Below are positions 36,885 to 47,812 of a stretch of DNA of 64,000 nt, one piece after another. Under the pieces are notes generated by a model. It searched no databases. It was not told the origin of the DNA and saw nothing but the letters and a program-made list of their open reading frames with translations. Both the position numbers and the translations under genes were made by a program. Source of the DNA: a virus. Each line of letters starts with the position of its first letter. The first letter of the stretch is position 1. The stretch lies in the IMG/VR virus record IMGVR_UViG_3300008267_000006, positions 47,488 to 111,487 of that record. One strand, given 5' to 3'.

Positions 36885-38318
36885 TTACGAACAGATGATG
36901 AGAACGTAGCCTTTGCCACCGTCGCCGCCATTACCACCATTTGCGGTGTATGGGCCATCATATATTGAACCACCACCGCCGCCACTTCCCCACATTCCAG
37001 AAGAACTATCACCAGCTTTCACTGGAAGAGTGAGTCCTGTCAGTGAAGTAGTCCTTCTTCCACCACCAGAGGCTCCACCTCCTCCAACAAGATCGGGCAT
37101 ATTTTCACTTAATACATTATTTATAAATAATTTATAGAATAAAAAACTTTTTCCTGTTTGCGGCGGACCGCCATCTGTAGCTAATACGGTATTACTACCG
37201 ACAGTTCCTCCTGTTGCGGCAACAGTTAATACGCTTGTAACAAGACCACCAGCTAGGCCGTTTGAAGTTCTTCCAACGCCTCCAGCACCGCCAGCGCCTC
37301 CTAAATACACATTAGCGCCAGCTACATTTAATCCTCCACCGGCACCGCCATTATAAGAATATCCAATACCTCCCGCGCCGCCTGCTCCGTTAACTGGGGA
37401 AGGTGAACCAATGCCTCGCCCACCCGCTGTGCCTCCAAGAGAATAAACATAATTTCCAAAAGAAGAAGAGCCGCCATGATAACCATCCTCGCCCTGGCCA
37501 CTAATGTAACCAGCTCTACCTAATGATCCGCCATTTCCAGCCGTAATTGTTACGTAAGAGTTTATTAAAAGTGCGTTAATGGTAACATCAGAATAGCCTC
37601 CACCACCGCCTCCACCACCAGCACCGGGAAGTATTGCACCATTATCCATACTTGCACCACCGCCCCCGCCGCCGCCGCCTTGGCATATGACCCTTATAAA
37701 TTTACACCCAGCCGGTGGCAACCAATTATTAATAACGGTCGAAGAAGCACTTGAAGTTCCAATTGATCCGGTAAATAAATAAACAACAATTCCGGTCATA
37801 GGAGTAAAACTTGGTTCTAATATACTTTTATCAGCTAAATCCCACGTTCCGTTATTATCAATAACTGCAACAATTTTATCGCTTTGGCCATATGCTGGTC
37901 CACTGCCAGTTGTTGTTATTAGTGAATTTTGCGTATATGTAGTATTTGACGTACCGCCATATAATGAAGATAATACGCCACCAGTTACATTTGATACTGA
38001 TCTTACTTTAACGCCGCTTAACAAGCTTCCCGTTATATCACCAGCAAATTGTGCTAGTTCTGTACGGAACGGTCCAAATCCTTCATCGCTATCATATGTA
38101 AGTACAGACCCGCTATAATTTGACTGTGGATTAACTATACTGCTTGTTGCAACTGGTATTAGCTGACCGTTGCGTATTTGCATTATACTATTACCGCCAA
38201 CATATGAAGCAGTATTAATTGTTAATTTATATGATGATGAAAGTGCATTATTGTCATCAAAGGCAGCAGAGATCTCTTGATAGCTACCTGAATTTGATAC
38301 TAATATTTTTTTAGCCAT
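36885..38318 (-). CDS. Glycine-rich fibre protein without lectin domain
   Basis: W.PP.G...RV..QGGGGGG, GG.SSFG and terminal GG.GGDGG.GYV.I motifs. Confidence 0.75.
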   Translation of the reverse strand: MAKKILVSNSGSYQEISAAFDDNNALSSSYKLTINTASYVGGNSIMQIRNGQLIPVATSSIVNPQSNYSGSVLTYDSDEGFGPFRTELAQFAGDITGSLLSGVKVRSVSNVTGGVLSSLYGGTSNTTYTQNSLITTTGSGPAYGQSDKIVAVIDNNGTWDLADKSILEPSFTPMTGIVVYLFTGSIGTSSASSTVINNWLPPAGCKFIRVICQGGGGGGGGASMDNGAILPGAGGGGGGGGYSDVTINALLINSYVTITAGNGGSLGRAGYISGQGEDGYHGGSSSFGNYVYSLGGTAGGRGIGSPSPVNGAGGAGGIGYSYNGGAGGGLNVAGANVYLGGAGGAGGVGRTSNGLAGGLVTSVLTVAATGGTVGSNTVLATDGGPPQTGKSFLFYKLFINNVLSENMPDLVGGGGASGGGRRTTSLTGLTLPVKAGDSSSGMWGSGGGGGSIYDGPYTANGGNGGDGGKGYVLIICS

Positions 38319-38338
38319 TTAAGTTAAATCTCCCATTT

Positions 38339-41242
38339 TTAATATTTATAACTTATAACGGCGACATAACCATCGCCACCGTTACCGCCTTGACGAGTAC
38401 CAACGAGCGAACCAGTGTAATTTGTTGAAGCACCGCCGCCGCCGCCACTTCCCCAAGCACCGTTGCCACCTATGCCGCCAGCATAAGATCCTTGTATAGG
38501 TGTAGGGTCTGTATAAGATCCCGAACTATTAGCGATAACTGCATTATAATATGACAATATTTCTGCCGCGGATCGTGCTCTATTTATAACTCTAAATTCT
38601 TTGGCATAGCCATTAAAGTTATAAGTACCGTGATTTACAGCTGTTGAATCTCCTAAACTATATCCAAAAGTTCCGTTTACTATTGGTGTTACAGGTGTTG
38701 TGACATATAAAACACCATTCACATAAGCTTGTAAAGCACTACCAGATTTTTGTAGAACAAAGTGATTCCAAGTGTTTAAAGAAAAAGAGTTTGTTGAAAC
38801 TGAACCAACCAAAGCAGCAGGAGTTACTCCATTATTAGCGTACAAACGTACCCTTGGAGTACCAGCTGAAGACGTTACGCCAAGTATTGCTCCAATTGAA
38901 CTTCCGTGATAGCCAGCATTTAAAAGATAACTTGTGACAGTATTTGCACCAGCGACATTACCTATATTTCTTAAATACATCCATGATTCTACAGAAAAAT
39001 CACTTGTTCCAAAATCACGCCCAGGAGAAAAATATAGACTAGAGGCCGTACCAGCGGTATTATTCCACGCAGAACTTGAAACAAATCCGTCTAGAAAAGT
39101 CCCACTAATATTCGCAGGAAGAGAAGAGGAGGATATAATTTTTATTCCAGAAGCTGAACTAGAAAAAATACTGTTGTTATGTGCAGAGTTATCTTTTAGT
39201 GGATCAGTTAAATTAAAATGCCCAAGCGCAATAGTTTCGCTATCAAAAGCTTCTGTTACGGCAGCACTTGCCCCACCACCACCACCAGAAGCTAAATATA
39301 TATCATTAGTCTGAGAATTACCGGCTATATCGGTATCTGAGGGCGGAAAAGTTGAAAATACATCATTTTTTATAGATTCTGTATAAGCGTTACCGGCGTT
39401 TAAATTTGATAAACTTCCACTGTTTGTAAAACTTTTATCTACATAATCAGAAGTAGGTACAGAAAAATCTCCATCATATAACGCCTTTCTTGTTATTCTA
39501 AATGATTTTTTATAGCCTACTAAACAATACATATTATACGCACCGCTAGGAAGCCCAAATATGTTAAAACCTTGATCTAAACGAAGGGGATTATAGTGTA
39601 CTACCCCATTTCCTGAAATATTTTTCCCGTTAAGATAAAATTTCCATACATAATTTTTTTTAACTGCCGCAATATGATTCCATGTATTTAAAGAAACGGT
39701 TTCTGTTGAAGTATAACCAGCATAGGAGACAGATCCATTATAGGACGATAAAAAAACAGTTTGTGTTGTAGTGTTTATTCCACATAAAATTCCATCACCA
39801 GTCCCATAATTGTTTTGACATCTTATTAATGTAGCATAAGCTGATGATATTGCGTCTTGTTTAAATACCCATTCAAGAGTAACTTCATCTGTGGCAGCAA
39901 GATTTGGTCCGACACCAGTAAAAAATTTATATGAAGTACTGGTAGTGTTATTATCATACATGCTATAACCATTATCGTTATATGGAGTAGTTTGTATATA
40001 CGTATTTGGTGCATAATTAGGCCCTGCCGCTATTGAAAATATTCCTCCTTTTAGGTAATCTGGTCCAGAAGAGTTAAAAGAAATATTTTCAATTATATTG
40101 GAAGAGATAACCGCAGCGTTTCCGCCATCGTAATTAGATATATAATTACCAAATATTAAACCGGCACCTGATGCACCATTATTACTTATATTGGTACCAT
40201 TGCTTGTTTTGCAATATTCCGAATTAATTCCTGCGTCTATACCTCCGGCGCTACCTAAAGCAGATTTCTTAATAGAAGTTACATTATATATATCATTATT
40301 ATAATAATTATAGAATAAGCCGTTGCCAGTTCTACCAGAATATTGCGTATTATTGTTATGTTTCCCACCAGCACCACCAACACCACCACTCGCAATAAGA
40401 AAGGCACCAAAGGAACTACTGCCTCCAGATGATCCCGCATCCCCAGCACCACCAGTTGCTGGATAGCTACCACCGGCACCACCAGAGCCAACCACTATAT
40501 ACTCTGGACCTGCTATATTAATTATTTCAGATTTAATATAACTTCCTGCTGCACCCCCACATCCACCAAATGCCGCAACAGAACTTGTTCTATTAGCGCC
40601 AGCGGCACCTCCACCTCCTGCGCCTTGTAATATGATTGTTGCTTTTTTTGTATTAAGTGGTGGAGTCCAAAGATACGTTCCTGGAACATTAAATATTTGA
40701 ACTTCAATTCCTTTATCATATGACTGTGTTATATATGACCAACCATTTGGTGTTGAAACTAATACTGGATTATTTGAAGAAACAGATGCGGTCAAAAGTT
40801 GCATTGGATTCGCGCCATTACCAACTAATAACGATTCTCCAGCTGGATACGAAGAGGTATTTAAGCCAGTGCCTCCGTTAGCAACTGGTAAAGAGTTACC
40901 ACGATTAACATTTGATAAACTTTTTACTTTTATATCCGCAAATGAACCAAATAAATCAGATCCATCTGGTGCAATGGTGTTGCTGGCAACTATATCTACT
41001 ATTGCAGAATTTGATTTCCATAGTTTACCTGAGTTATCCCAACTCATCACCTGTAAATCTGTAGCGTTTGATGATGATATTTGTGATCCGCTAACAAATG
41101 CCATGCCATCTGGAAGATTAATGGACATTGTATTGAATGTAACGTTTTTAAGAACAAGACTATTAGCGGAATCATCATAATAATTTCCTGTTGATTCTTT
41201 TACTTTGCCATTTATATCATATATTATTTTCTTTTGTGCCAT
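38339..41242 (-). CDS. Glycine-rich fibre protein with two LamG/ConA-like domains
   Basis: Gly-rich scaffold plus two T.E.W...LNTWNH...Y.NG...FR motifs. Confidence 0.8.
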   Translation of the reverse strand: MAQKKIIYDINGKVKESTGNYYDDSANSLVLKNVTFNTMSINLPDGMAFVSGSQISSSNATDLQVMSWDNSGKLWKSNSAIVDIVASNTIAPDGSDLFGSFADIKVKSLSNVNRGNSLPVANGGTGLNTSSYPAGESLLVGNGANPMQLLTASVSSNNPVLVSTPNGWSYITQSYDKGIEVQIFNVPGTYLWTPPLNTKKATIILQGAGGGGAAGANRTSSVAAFGGCGGAAGSYIKSEIINIAGPEYIVVGSGGAGGSYPATGGAGDAGSSGGSSSFGAFLIASGGVGGAGGKHNNNTQYSGRTGNGLFYNYYNNDIYNVTSIKKSALGSAGGIDAGINSEYCKTSNGTNISNNGASGAGLIFGNYISNYDGGNAAVISSNIIENISFNSSGPDYLKGGIFSIAAGPNYAPNTYIQTTPYNDNGYSMYDNNTTSTSYKFFTGVGPNLAATDEVTLEWVFKQDAISSAYATLIRCQNNYGTGDGILCGINTTTQTVFLSSYNGSVSYAGYTSTETVSLNTWNHIAAVKKNYVWKFYLNGKNISGNGVVHYNPLRLDQGFNIFGLPSGAYNMYCLVGYKKSFRITRKALYDGDFSVPTSDYVDKSFTNSGSLSNLNAGNAYTESIKNDVFSTFPPSDTDIAGNSQTNDIYLASGGGGGASAAVTEAFDSETIALGHFNLTDPLKDNSAHNNSIFSSSASGIKIISSSSLPANISGTFLDGFVSSSAWNNTAGTASSLYFSPGRDFGTSDFSVESWMYLRNIGNVAGANTVTSYLLNAGYHGSSIGAILGVTSSAGTPRVRLYANNGVTPAALVGSVSTNSFSLNTWNHFVLQKSGSALQAYVNGVLYVTTPVTPIVNGTFGYSLGDSTAVNHGTYNFNGYAKEFRVINRARSAAEILSYYNAVIANSSGSYTDPTPIQGSYAGGIGGNGAWGSGGGGGASTNYTGSLVGTRQGGNGGDGYVAVISYKY

Positions 41243-41259
41243 TTATTTTGTCCTCAGAG

Positions 41260-44200
41260 TTACCAAGAAATTACAGCAACATAACCGTCGCCACCTTTAC
41301 CAGCTAAATAACCTCTATTTAATTCTTGTGAATGTCCTATTGTGCTTCCACCACCTCCACCGCCGCTTCCATAAATACCATCTGAACCCTCTCCTGGGAA
41401 TGTATATGAGAAACCTGTTGGATCTGGGAATGGAGCGGTTGGAACTGTTATGGTAGAACCTGTGTATAGAACAGCTTTGGATAAACGTATTTCATCTAAA
41501 TATCCATAAGTTGTATAACCTTGAGTGACAATAGAAGATCCTAATACCATTCTTGTATCAACGAGATTATAAGTTGATGATATGGTGAAATTTTTTGTAT
41601 CTCTTATACCATCTATATAAAAACAAGAATTTCCGTTCACGCCATTTCTTACGATAGCAATATGTGTCCATCTTCTAAGTGGGACAGATAAATTGGAAGT
41701 TATAAAGTAAGCATTATTAGAATAAAGTTTTATTTGCCCAGATAGACTAAGAGCAGCATAAATACCACCAGCAGATGCTTGAGTTGCTCTAGTATCAAAT
41801 ATACAAGAATCGATAGCGTTTGCATTATCTTTTCTATAAACCCAACACTCAAATGTGAATGGTTCTGTTCTGGTTACTGGAGCACCAACAACTGTTAATG
41901 CAGGAGATGATGTAGCGCTGCCAGATAGTAATATTGAATTACCGCTATTGCTAAATGGACTTCCAACTGTATTTGTTATTGTTGGAGTTGTTGCTTGACT
42001 TTGCACGCCTTGGAAGTAAATATTGCTTTTTAACTTTGAACTATCCGCTGTTGCAGTATAACTTCCACTTGGTTCCATGTGCATTAATAATAATGGATTA
42101 TATGGATCACTAAATCTGGTTGTTGATGGAGTGAATGAAGCTGTATATAATGCTTTTGGTGTTATGCGGAATTCGTCTATGTAACCGTCAATTGTAAAAT
42201 TAGTTGTTCCGATTGCATGACTACCAATTGTCATTCCATTCACGGTGTTGTTTAAAGAAGAAGCCCAGCTTGCAGAAGCAATATCTTTTTGTCCATTAAT
42301 ATAAAAATTAGCAATACCATCCTTCCTTACTAAACTAATATGTGACCACTGGTTTAGTGATATAGATAAACTACTCGTAGCCGACATAGTTGCAGATCCA
42401 CCAATATATAATCCAATTTTAGCATTATCATGTAAGGTGAATGCATATCTTGTACTGTTATTTACAGAGCCTACTCTTGTATCGACAAAATAACCTCTCA
42501 TGCCATTAGGCAAATTAATATCTTTATTACTACCGCTGCTGTTCAAATACACCCAGCTTTCAACAGTAAAATCTCTTGTTCCGATATCATCTCCCGACGA
42601 GACTGTTATAGAGCCAGTTTTATTTGTAGCAGACATTGGTGATAACACATAAGCAGTATCACCAAAAGCAGTTAAGCTTTGTGTTAAGTTTGCTGCACCA
42701 TTAAATGTTACTTGTCTGCCATAATATGAAGAATCTACAGTTTGATTTGATATTGCGTTGCTGTATTGTGGTCCATTAATTAAAAGTATAGTGTTTGAAT
42801 CATTACTAAATGATTCGGTTGGAATAGTGTAATTTCCGGAATATCTTGCAGTGTTACTTAAGCGAATATTACTCATATAACCATCAAGAGAAAGTTGTTG
42901 AGCGACGGCAAGAGTACTATTACCAAAAGTTATATTTGTAGCATCAGTTAGACTCCAAGCAGCAGTATAAGTATTTGCATCTTGAGTACCGTTTATATAA
43001 AATCTAAATGAACCAGCACTTCTAACTAATGCAATATGTTGCCAAGATCCAGTCGGAACAGCAGCAGAACTTGTTAATAGTGAAGATGCACCAGTTCCAG
43101 CATAAAAACCTAACTTTCCACCAGTTGCTGTATAAATAGCATATTTATTTGCACTACTTACAGCATTTCTACTATCAATAAGGTACATCCTATCACCAGC
43201 ACCACCAGCATTACTACCCGTGCTGTTTAGATATATCCAGCTTTCCCAAGTAAAATTACTACTAGTTAAATTATACCCAGGTGTTATTGTGATAGAACCA
43301 GTATCATATGTATTATTGATGCTGTATAGCCTTGGAGCAAGCGATGTTCCACCAGCAAAAGGAGCAGAAGCTGTTGTCCATCCGGCACTTCCAGTATAAG
43401 CCATTGCGGGAGAATATGATGATGTTGATACTATATCTACTTTATTTTCATAAAATGGTTTCATATGTAATAAAACATATGGATCATCATATATATTTGA
43501 TTGATTAACTGTAGGATTGCCTCCTACTCCACCAGTAACAGACATAGTTGGTACTGTATTAGCTATTAAATTATAATCGTATCCATATACGCCGTTAATA
43601 TTAAGAATTTTTGTTATTGTTGGAGCGCTGGAATAAGAGGATGTCCCAGTATAAGCACCGCCAACACCGCCACCTCCAACAACGTCATTTGTAGAATTTA
43701 TAGTATTATATGAATTGCTGCTTCCACCGGTTTTTAATGTTGAACCACCACCAGAAGTACCACCAACGGCAGCAGCAACAGTTGCCGAGCCAACTGGGCC
43801 AGCAGCGCCACCATTTCCATAAATAGATATGCCGGTAGCTGTAAAAGAACTTTGTCCACCAGCGTTTCCAGCAATATATGTTCCAGCAGCTATAGTACCA
43901 GAAGGTTGTGCTCCACCAGCACCAACTGTAACGATTGCAGAAGATATATTAGATACATCAAAAGTTGCTTCTGCAAGTCCACCACCAGCACCTCCACCAC
44001 CAATTAATAAACCAGTTAGTTGTCTTGTGCCGTTTCCACCGCTTCCACCACCACCTTGAGTTATAACACGCGCAAAACGTGCATTTTGTGGTTTTTTCCA
44101 AGTAAAAGATCCTGGTGTTGTAAATATTTGGACATTTGGTTTCCATGCTGGGGTATTGACTTCAAAAACACCATTTGTTGAAGTTAAGATACTACCAGAA

Positions 44201-44658
44201 GCAAAACCACCAAGTCCAGATATTGTAGACCCAGATGCTTTTAAGATATAATTTCCTACTGGTATTGATGTTCCGGTTCCGCCGTAATTAACAGGCAGCG
44301 CACCAGAGTTAACATTGCTTATGTTTTTTACTTGAACATAGCCCGAGTAATTACCACTTAAGTCACCTACAGCTTCGCCAGTATAGTCATTAACTTGTAA
44401 ACCAGAAGCAATCCATTTTGTACCATCCCACGCAATAGCACCAGACATAACAGTTCCCGCTGGAAATGTTGTTAAAGCACCATTTGATGCGCTAAGTATA
44501 CCTATTGAAGTTGGCGCAACAGAAGAAAATGCCACTGCGCTAGCTGAAATATATGAAGCACTTATATTATTTGTTACATCATCCACAGAAAGTGAAGATG
44601 TACTGTTAAGAATAACTTTACCATCTCCATTTGAGAGTACAATTTTTTGTTTAGCCAT
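41260..44658 (-). CDS. Glycine-rich fibre protein with three LamG/ConA-like domains
   Basis: Three FT.E.W.Y...W.HI..VR...FYI(N/D)G...GY....R.S/T repeats inside the Gly-rich scaffold. Confidence 0.85.
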   Translation of the reverse strand: MAKQKIVLSNGDGKVILNSTSSLSVDDVTNNISASYISASAVAFSSVAPTSIGILSASNGALTTFPAGTVMSGAIAWDGTKWIASGLQVNDYTGEAVGDLSGNYSGYVQVKNISNVNSGALPVNYGGTGTSIPVGNYILKASGSTISGLGGFASGSILTSTNGVFEVNTPAWKPNVQIFTTPGSFTWKKPQNARFARVITQGGGGSGGNGTRQLTGLLIGGGGAGGGLAEATFDVSNISSAIVTVGAGGAQPSGTIAAGTYIAGNAGGQSSFTATGISIYGNGGAAGPVGSATVAAAVGGTSGGGSTLKTGGSSNSYNTINSTNDVVGGGGVGGAYTGTSSYSSAPTITKILNINGVYGYDYNLIANTVPTMSVTGGVGGNPTVNQSNIYDDPYVLLHMKPFYENKVDIVSTSSYSPAMAYTGSAGWTTASAPFAGGTSLAPRLYSINNTYDTGSITITPGYNLTSSNFTWESWIYLNSTGSNAGGAGDRMYLIDSRNAVSSANKYAIYTATGGKLGFYAGTGASSLLTSSAAVPTGSWQHIALVRSAGSFRFYINGTQDANTYTAAWSLTDATNITFGNSTLAVAQQLSLDGYMSNIRLSNTARYSGNYTIPTESFSNDSNTILLINGPQYSNAISNQTVDSSYYGRQVTFNGAANLTQSLTAFGDTAYVLSPMSATNKTGSITVSSGDDIGTRDFTVESWVYLNSSGSNKDINLPNGMRGYFVDTRVGSVNNSTRYAFTLHDNAKIGLYIGGSATMSATSSLSISLNQWSHISLVRKDGIANFYINGQKDIASASWASSLNNTVNGMTIGSHAIGTTNFTIDGYIDEFRITPKALYTASFTPSTTRFSDPYNPLLLMHMEPSGSYTATADSSKLKSNIYFQGVQSQATTPTITNTVGSPFSNSGNSILLSGSATSSPALTVVGAPVTRTEPFTFECWVYRKDNANAIDSCIFDTRATQASAGGIYAALSLSGQIKLYSNNAYFITSNLSVPLRRWTHIAIVRNGVNGNSCFYIDGIRDTKNFTISSTYNLVDTRMVLGSSIVTQGYTTYGYLDEIRLSKAVLYTGSTITVPTAPFPDPTGFSYTFPGEGSDGIYGSGGGGGGSTIGHSQELNRGYLAGKGGDGYVAVISW

Positions 44659-44676
44659 GTTATATGTCCTATAAAA

Positions 44677-45801
44677 TTAAGCCATTTGTCCGAATGTTTT
44701 TAGTTGTAATATAACTTTTCCGGAAGTTGGACTGATATAACCTACTTGTGTAATATATTTTCCACTTGGTATGCTGCTATATTGAACAACACTACCATTT
44801 GGACCAACATATACTGGCGTTCCAATGCCACTAACAAGTGAAGCACTGGTTACGGTTACTTCACCAAGTATCTTAACAGATATATCGTTTCCATCAGCTG
44901 CGTAGACTATTCCGATTGCATTACTTTTTAGATTATCTGAATAATCAGCTTTAACAACAGAACCACTTAAGGCAACAACGTTACCAACTGCAAATCCAGA
45001 TCCTGTTAAATATAAAACACTATAATCTTGTCCTTGGGCAGAAAGAGTACTAGATTGAGTTGGCGCAAGGCTTATAATTCCAGTTGAACTATCATATACT
45101 AAACTACCGCCATCAACACTTATTTGTTTTCTAACATCAGAAGAGAAATTAGATAATTGTGACGCTGATAAATTTGTTAGTTTTGCACCGCTTCCACTAA
45201 ACGAAGCAGTCACACTTGTTAGTGATATATTATCTTTTAATGTTAGTTCACTTCCGCTTGTTCCATCGCCTTGTAGATTTCCACTTGAAGAAACAGCTGA
45301 AATACCGCCATCAGCAGATATTGTTGCACTGCCGCCTAAAGAAACTGCTTGACCATTTATTGTTATCGAGCTATTCTGTAATGAAGCATTAGGAATATTA
45401 GTGATTCTTGCATCTATTGCACCATCTAAACCACCAATTTGTGAAGCAGTTAAGTTAGTTATAGCAGAACCATTACCACTAAATGAAGCAGTTACATCTG
45501 TTAATGATATACTTGCTTTCATTGTAACAGGAGAGCCGCTACTTCCATCTCCTTGTAAATTACCACTTGTGTTCACGGTTGATAGACCACCAGATCCACC
45601 ACCGTTATTTGTTGGTTGAGCACCAACCCAAGTACCACTTATAAATGTTAATACTTCGCCTTCTGAACCGACAACTACGTTAACTGCATCAGTACCTTGA
45701 CCGATTAATACACCACCTACAGGTAAACTTGATACACCAGTACCGCCTTGTGGAACCAAAATAGCTGAGTTACTCTTTAATCCTGAGAATGTTACAGACA
45801 T
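44677..45801 (-). CDS. Modular fibre/decoration protein with C-terminal capsid-cement-like domain
   Basis: GGTG module, two SGNLQGDG..ISLT.VTASFSG modules, C-terminal VGNVV..A...AIGIV...G...QVG domain. Start re-assigned to ATG 45801. Confidence 0.7.
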   Translation of the reverse strand: MSVTFSGLKSNSAILVPQGGTGVSSLPVGGVLIGQGTDAVNVVVGSEGEVLTFISGTWVGAQPTNNGGGSGGLSTVNTSGNLQGDGSSGSPVTMKASISLTDVTASFSGNGSAITNLTASQIGGLDGAIDARITNIPNASLQNSSITINGQAVSLGGSATISADGGISAVSSSGNLQGDGTSGSELTLKDNISLTSVTASFSGSGAKLTNLSASQLSNFSSDVRKQISVDGGSLVYDSSTGIISLAPTQSSTLSAQGQDYSVLYLTGSGFAVGNVVALSGSVVKADYSDNLKSNAIGIVYAADGNDISVKILGEVTVTSASLVSGIGTPVYVGPNGSVVQYSSIPSGKYITQVGYISPTSGKVILQLKTFGQMA

Positions 45802-45895
45802 GAAAAGTTTCCTTGGGCGTCTGCCCATGAAAAAAATAAAAAAACTACTATTAATAATTAGTCTTAAAAAACAATAAATGGACTAAGTATTAACT

Positions 45896-46585
45896 TTAAA
45901 AGTTTATGTCTGTTTGTCGCGTTGCTATAAGACGAACTTTTGTTCCTATAACAACTCCTGGATCAGTTGAAAGTGGGGTTGTAAGCAGAAATTTAACATT
46001 GTTTGAGCTATTTTCTTGCATCTCAACTGATATAAGGTCATTCGACCATGAATTTCTAGACGGATTATAGATCATAATATCAACTGATATATACTCTACG
46101 TCTGTCCACGGGAATTGGCTATCGAATTCTGCAAGACCATTTGATGTTAAACCGGATTCAAATTTTTGTTTGTTGTTGTTTAGCTTGTTTTTTAGTTCAA
46201 ATAATTTTGAATCTAGTGAATGTATTGCATTATCAACAAAATATAAGCCTTCACTATTTCTTGTTACGTCTGTAATTGTTTGAAAATTAGAGCTACCAGA
46301 TAATTCTAGACTTCCTGTTACAAGTAAATGACCACTTACCTGTAATAATCCATTTACATCAAGAACTCCAACTTGTGAAAAACCAACCGCATAAGTTTTA
46401 TCTGCTACATATAGGTCTTTTTCGAAATATACGCCCTCTTCTACCTTTAAACCTATCTGTTCTTCTGGGTTACAAGGGCTACTTTCACCTATGCTACCAG
46501 ATACAACCAGTCCTTTTTTAGCTACAGCGTCTTGTTTTGCCGTTATTCCAGTTAGAACTTTTATTGATTTTATTGGATTTGCCAT
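45896..46585 (-). CDS. Fibre-like protein, WxND family member (229 aa)
   Basis: MANPIKSIKVLT, YFVDNAIHSLD, WSNDLIS, KVRLIA. Confidence 0.7.
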   Translation of the reverse strand: MANPIKSIKVLTGITAKQDAVAKKGLVVSGSIGESSPCNPEEQIGLKVEEGVYFEKDLYVADKTYAVGFSQVGVLDVNGLLQVSGHLLVTGSLELSGSSNFQTITDVTRNSEGLYFVDNAIHSLDSKLFELKNKLNNNKQKFESGLTSNGLAEFDSQFPWTDVEYISVDIMIYNPSRNSWSNDLISVEMQENSSNNVKFLLTTPLSTDPGVVIGTKVRLIATRQTDINF

Positions 46586-46599
46586 TATAAAGACCTAAA

Positions 46600-47322
46600 T
46601 TATGCTAACTGACCAAAAACTCTTGGTTGAATGATTATTTTTGAATCATTGCTAAGATAACCAACTTGAGTAGCATAATTTCCTGCAACTAAATAGGAAT
46701 ATGTGCATAAATTACCGCCTGTATATGCCCAAAAAACAGTTCCAGTTGTTAATGTATCAAAAAATAATGATTTAGGAGTTGCTTCTCCACTTGTCTGAAC
46801 GTATACTCCATCAGAACCAGAGGAAACAACTATGCCTATAACATTTGAAAGCGTATTACTTGTATTGTTACACCTTGACAAACCAGTTGAAGATAGTGCA
46901 ACTGCATCTCCAACACTTATACTGCCTGAAGCTTTTGTAAATTTAACTGTTGGAAATGCACTTACGTTTGTTAATCTAGAGCCATCTCCACTAAAAGAAG
47001 CTGTTACGCTTGTTAGAGAGATATTATCTTTTAATCTTATCTCATCGCCACTTAAGCCACTGCCAGTTATATTACCACTAGATGAAACAGACGATATTCC
47101 AGAAGAATTACTGCTGCCACCAGTTGAACTACCGCTAAGACTTCCAGTTAAATTACCATATATGCTACCAGATATATAGAGATTGCCAATCACATAAGCA
47201 TTTGATAGCTGTACTCTTTGTGATACGTCATCATATCCAATGGTGCGAACTCCAGAAGAGTCTAATTCACTCTCCTCTAGATCACCATCACCACTTGATA
47301 TGATAAATTTTTTGATTGACAT
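46600..47322 (-). CDS. Modular fibre/decoration protein with C-terminal capsid-cement-like domain
   Basis: SSGNITGSG..LKDNISLTSVTASFSG module; C-terminus paralogous to the 44677 gene (TQVGY.S...IIQ...FGQ.A). Confidence 0.7.
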   Translation of the reverse strand: MSIKKFIISSGDGDLEESELDSSGVRTIGYDDVSQRVQLSNAYVIGNLYISGSIYGNLTGSLSGSSTGGSSNSSGISSVSSSGNITGSGLSGDEIRLKDNISLTSVTASFSGDGSRLTNVSAFPTVKFTKASGSISVGDAVALSSTGLSRCNNTSNTLSNVIGIVVSSGSDGVYVQTSGEATPKSLFFDTLTTGTVFWAYTGGNLCTYSYLVAGNYATQVGYLSNDSKIIIQPRVFGQLA

Positions 47323-47332
47323 ACGTAGAACC

Positions 47333-47806
47333 TTATAATGCGCTAGAATCTAATTCAATTAATCCAACTTGAATATAAATTTTTCCATTTGGACCTTTAG
47401 AATTTAAATTTGTATCATACCATGTTTCTATTTGAAAATTTTCTGGATTAATACCGGAAAAAAGATATGTTTTTGGTATAGTTTCTATTGGTTTTATAGA
47501 CGGAGAAGGCGTTATTGGAGTTGGCGCTGGAGTTACTATTTTTTCTGAACAATCATATAAATTAAAATTAAAATTTGTAGAGTTTACCGGTTTAACAATT
47601 TTATTTACATCTAATGATGAGTAATGTACGTCTGATACAGAACCAACCGTTCTAGAAATAGATAGTTTTTCTAATTTAATATTATTATTAGCTAAAGCTT
47701 TTTTTATTATATTTTCACTTAAAGAAAACATAGAAAAATAATCTATAGAAAAATTATTAAATTTATATTCATTAAACTCCAAACTTGTAATCTCTTGTGC
47801 CATCAT
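47333..47806 (-). CDS. Hypothetical protein
   Basis: 157-aa ORF with a Pro/Thr linker. Confidence 0.6.
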   Translation of the reverse strand: MMAQEITSLEFNEYKFNNFSIDYFSMFSLSENIIKKALANNNIKLEKLSISRTVGSVSDVHYSSLDVNKIVKPVNSTNFNFNLYDCSEKIVTPAPTPITPSPSIKPIETIPKTYLFSGINPENFQIETWYDTNLNSKGPNGKIYIQVGLIELDSSAL

Positions 47807-47812
47807 ATTTTC

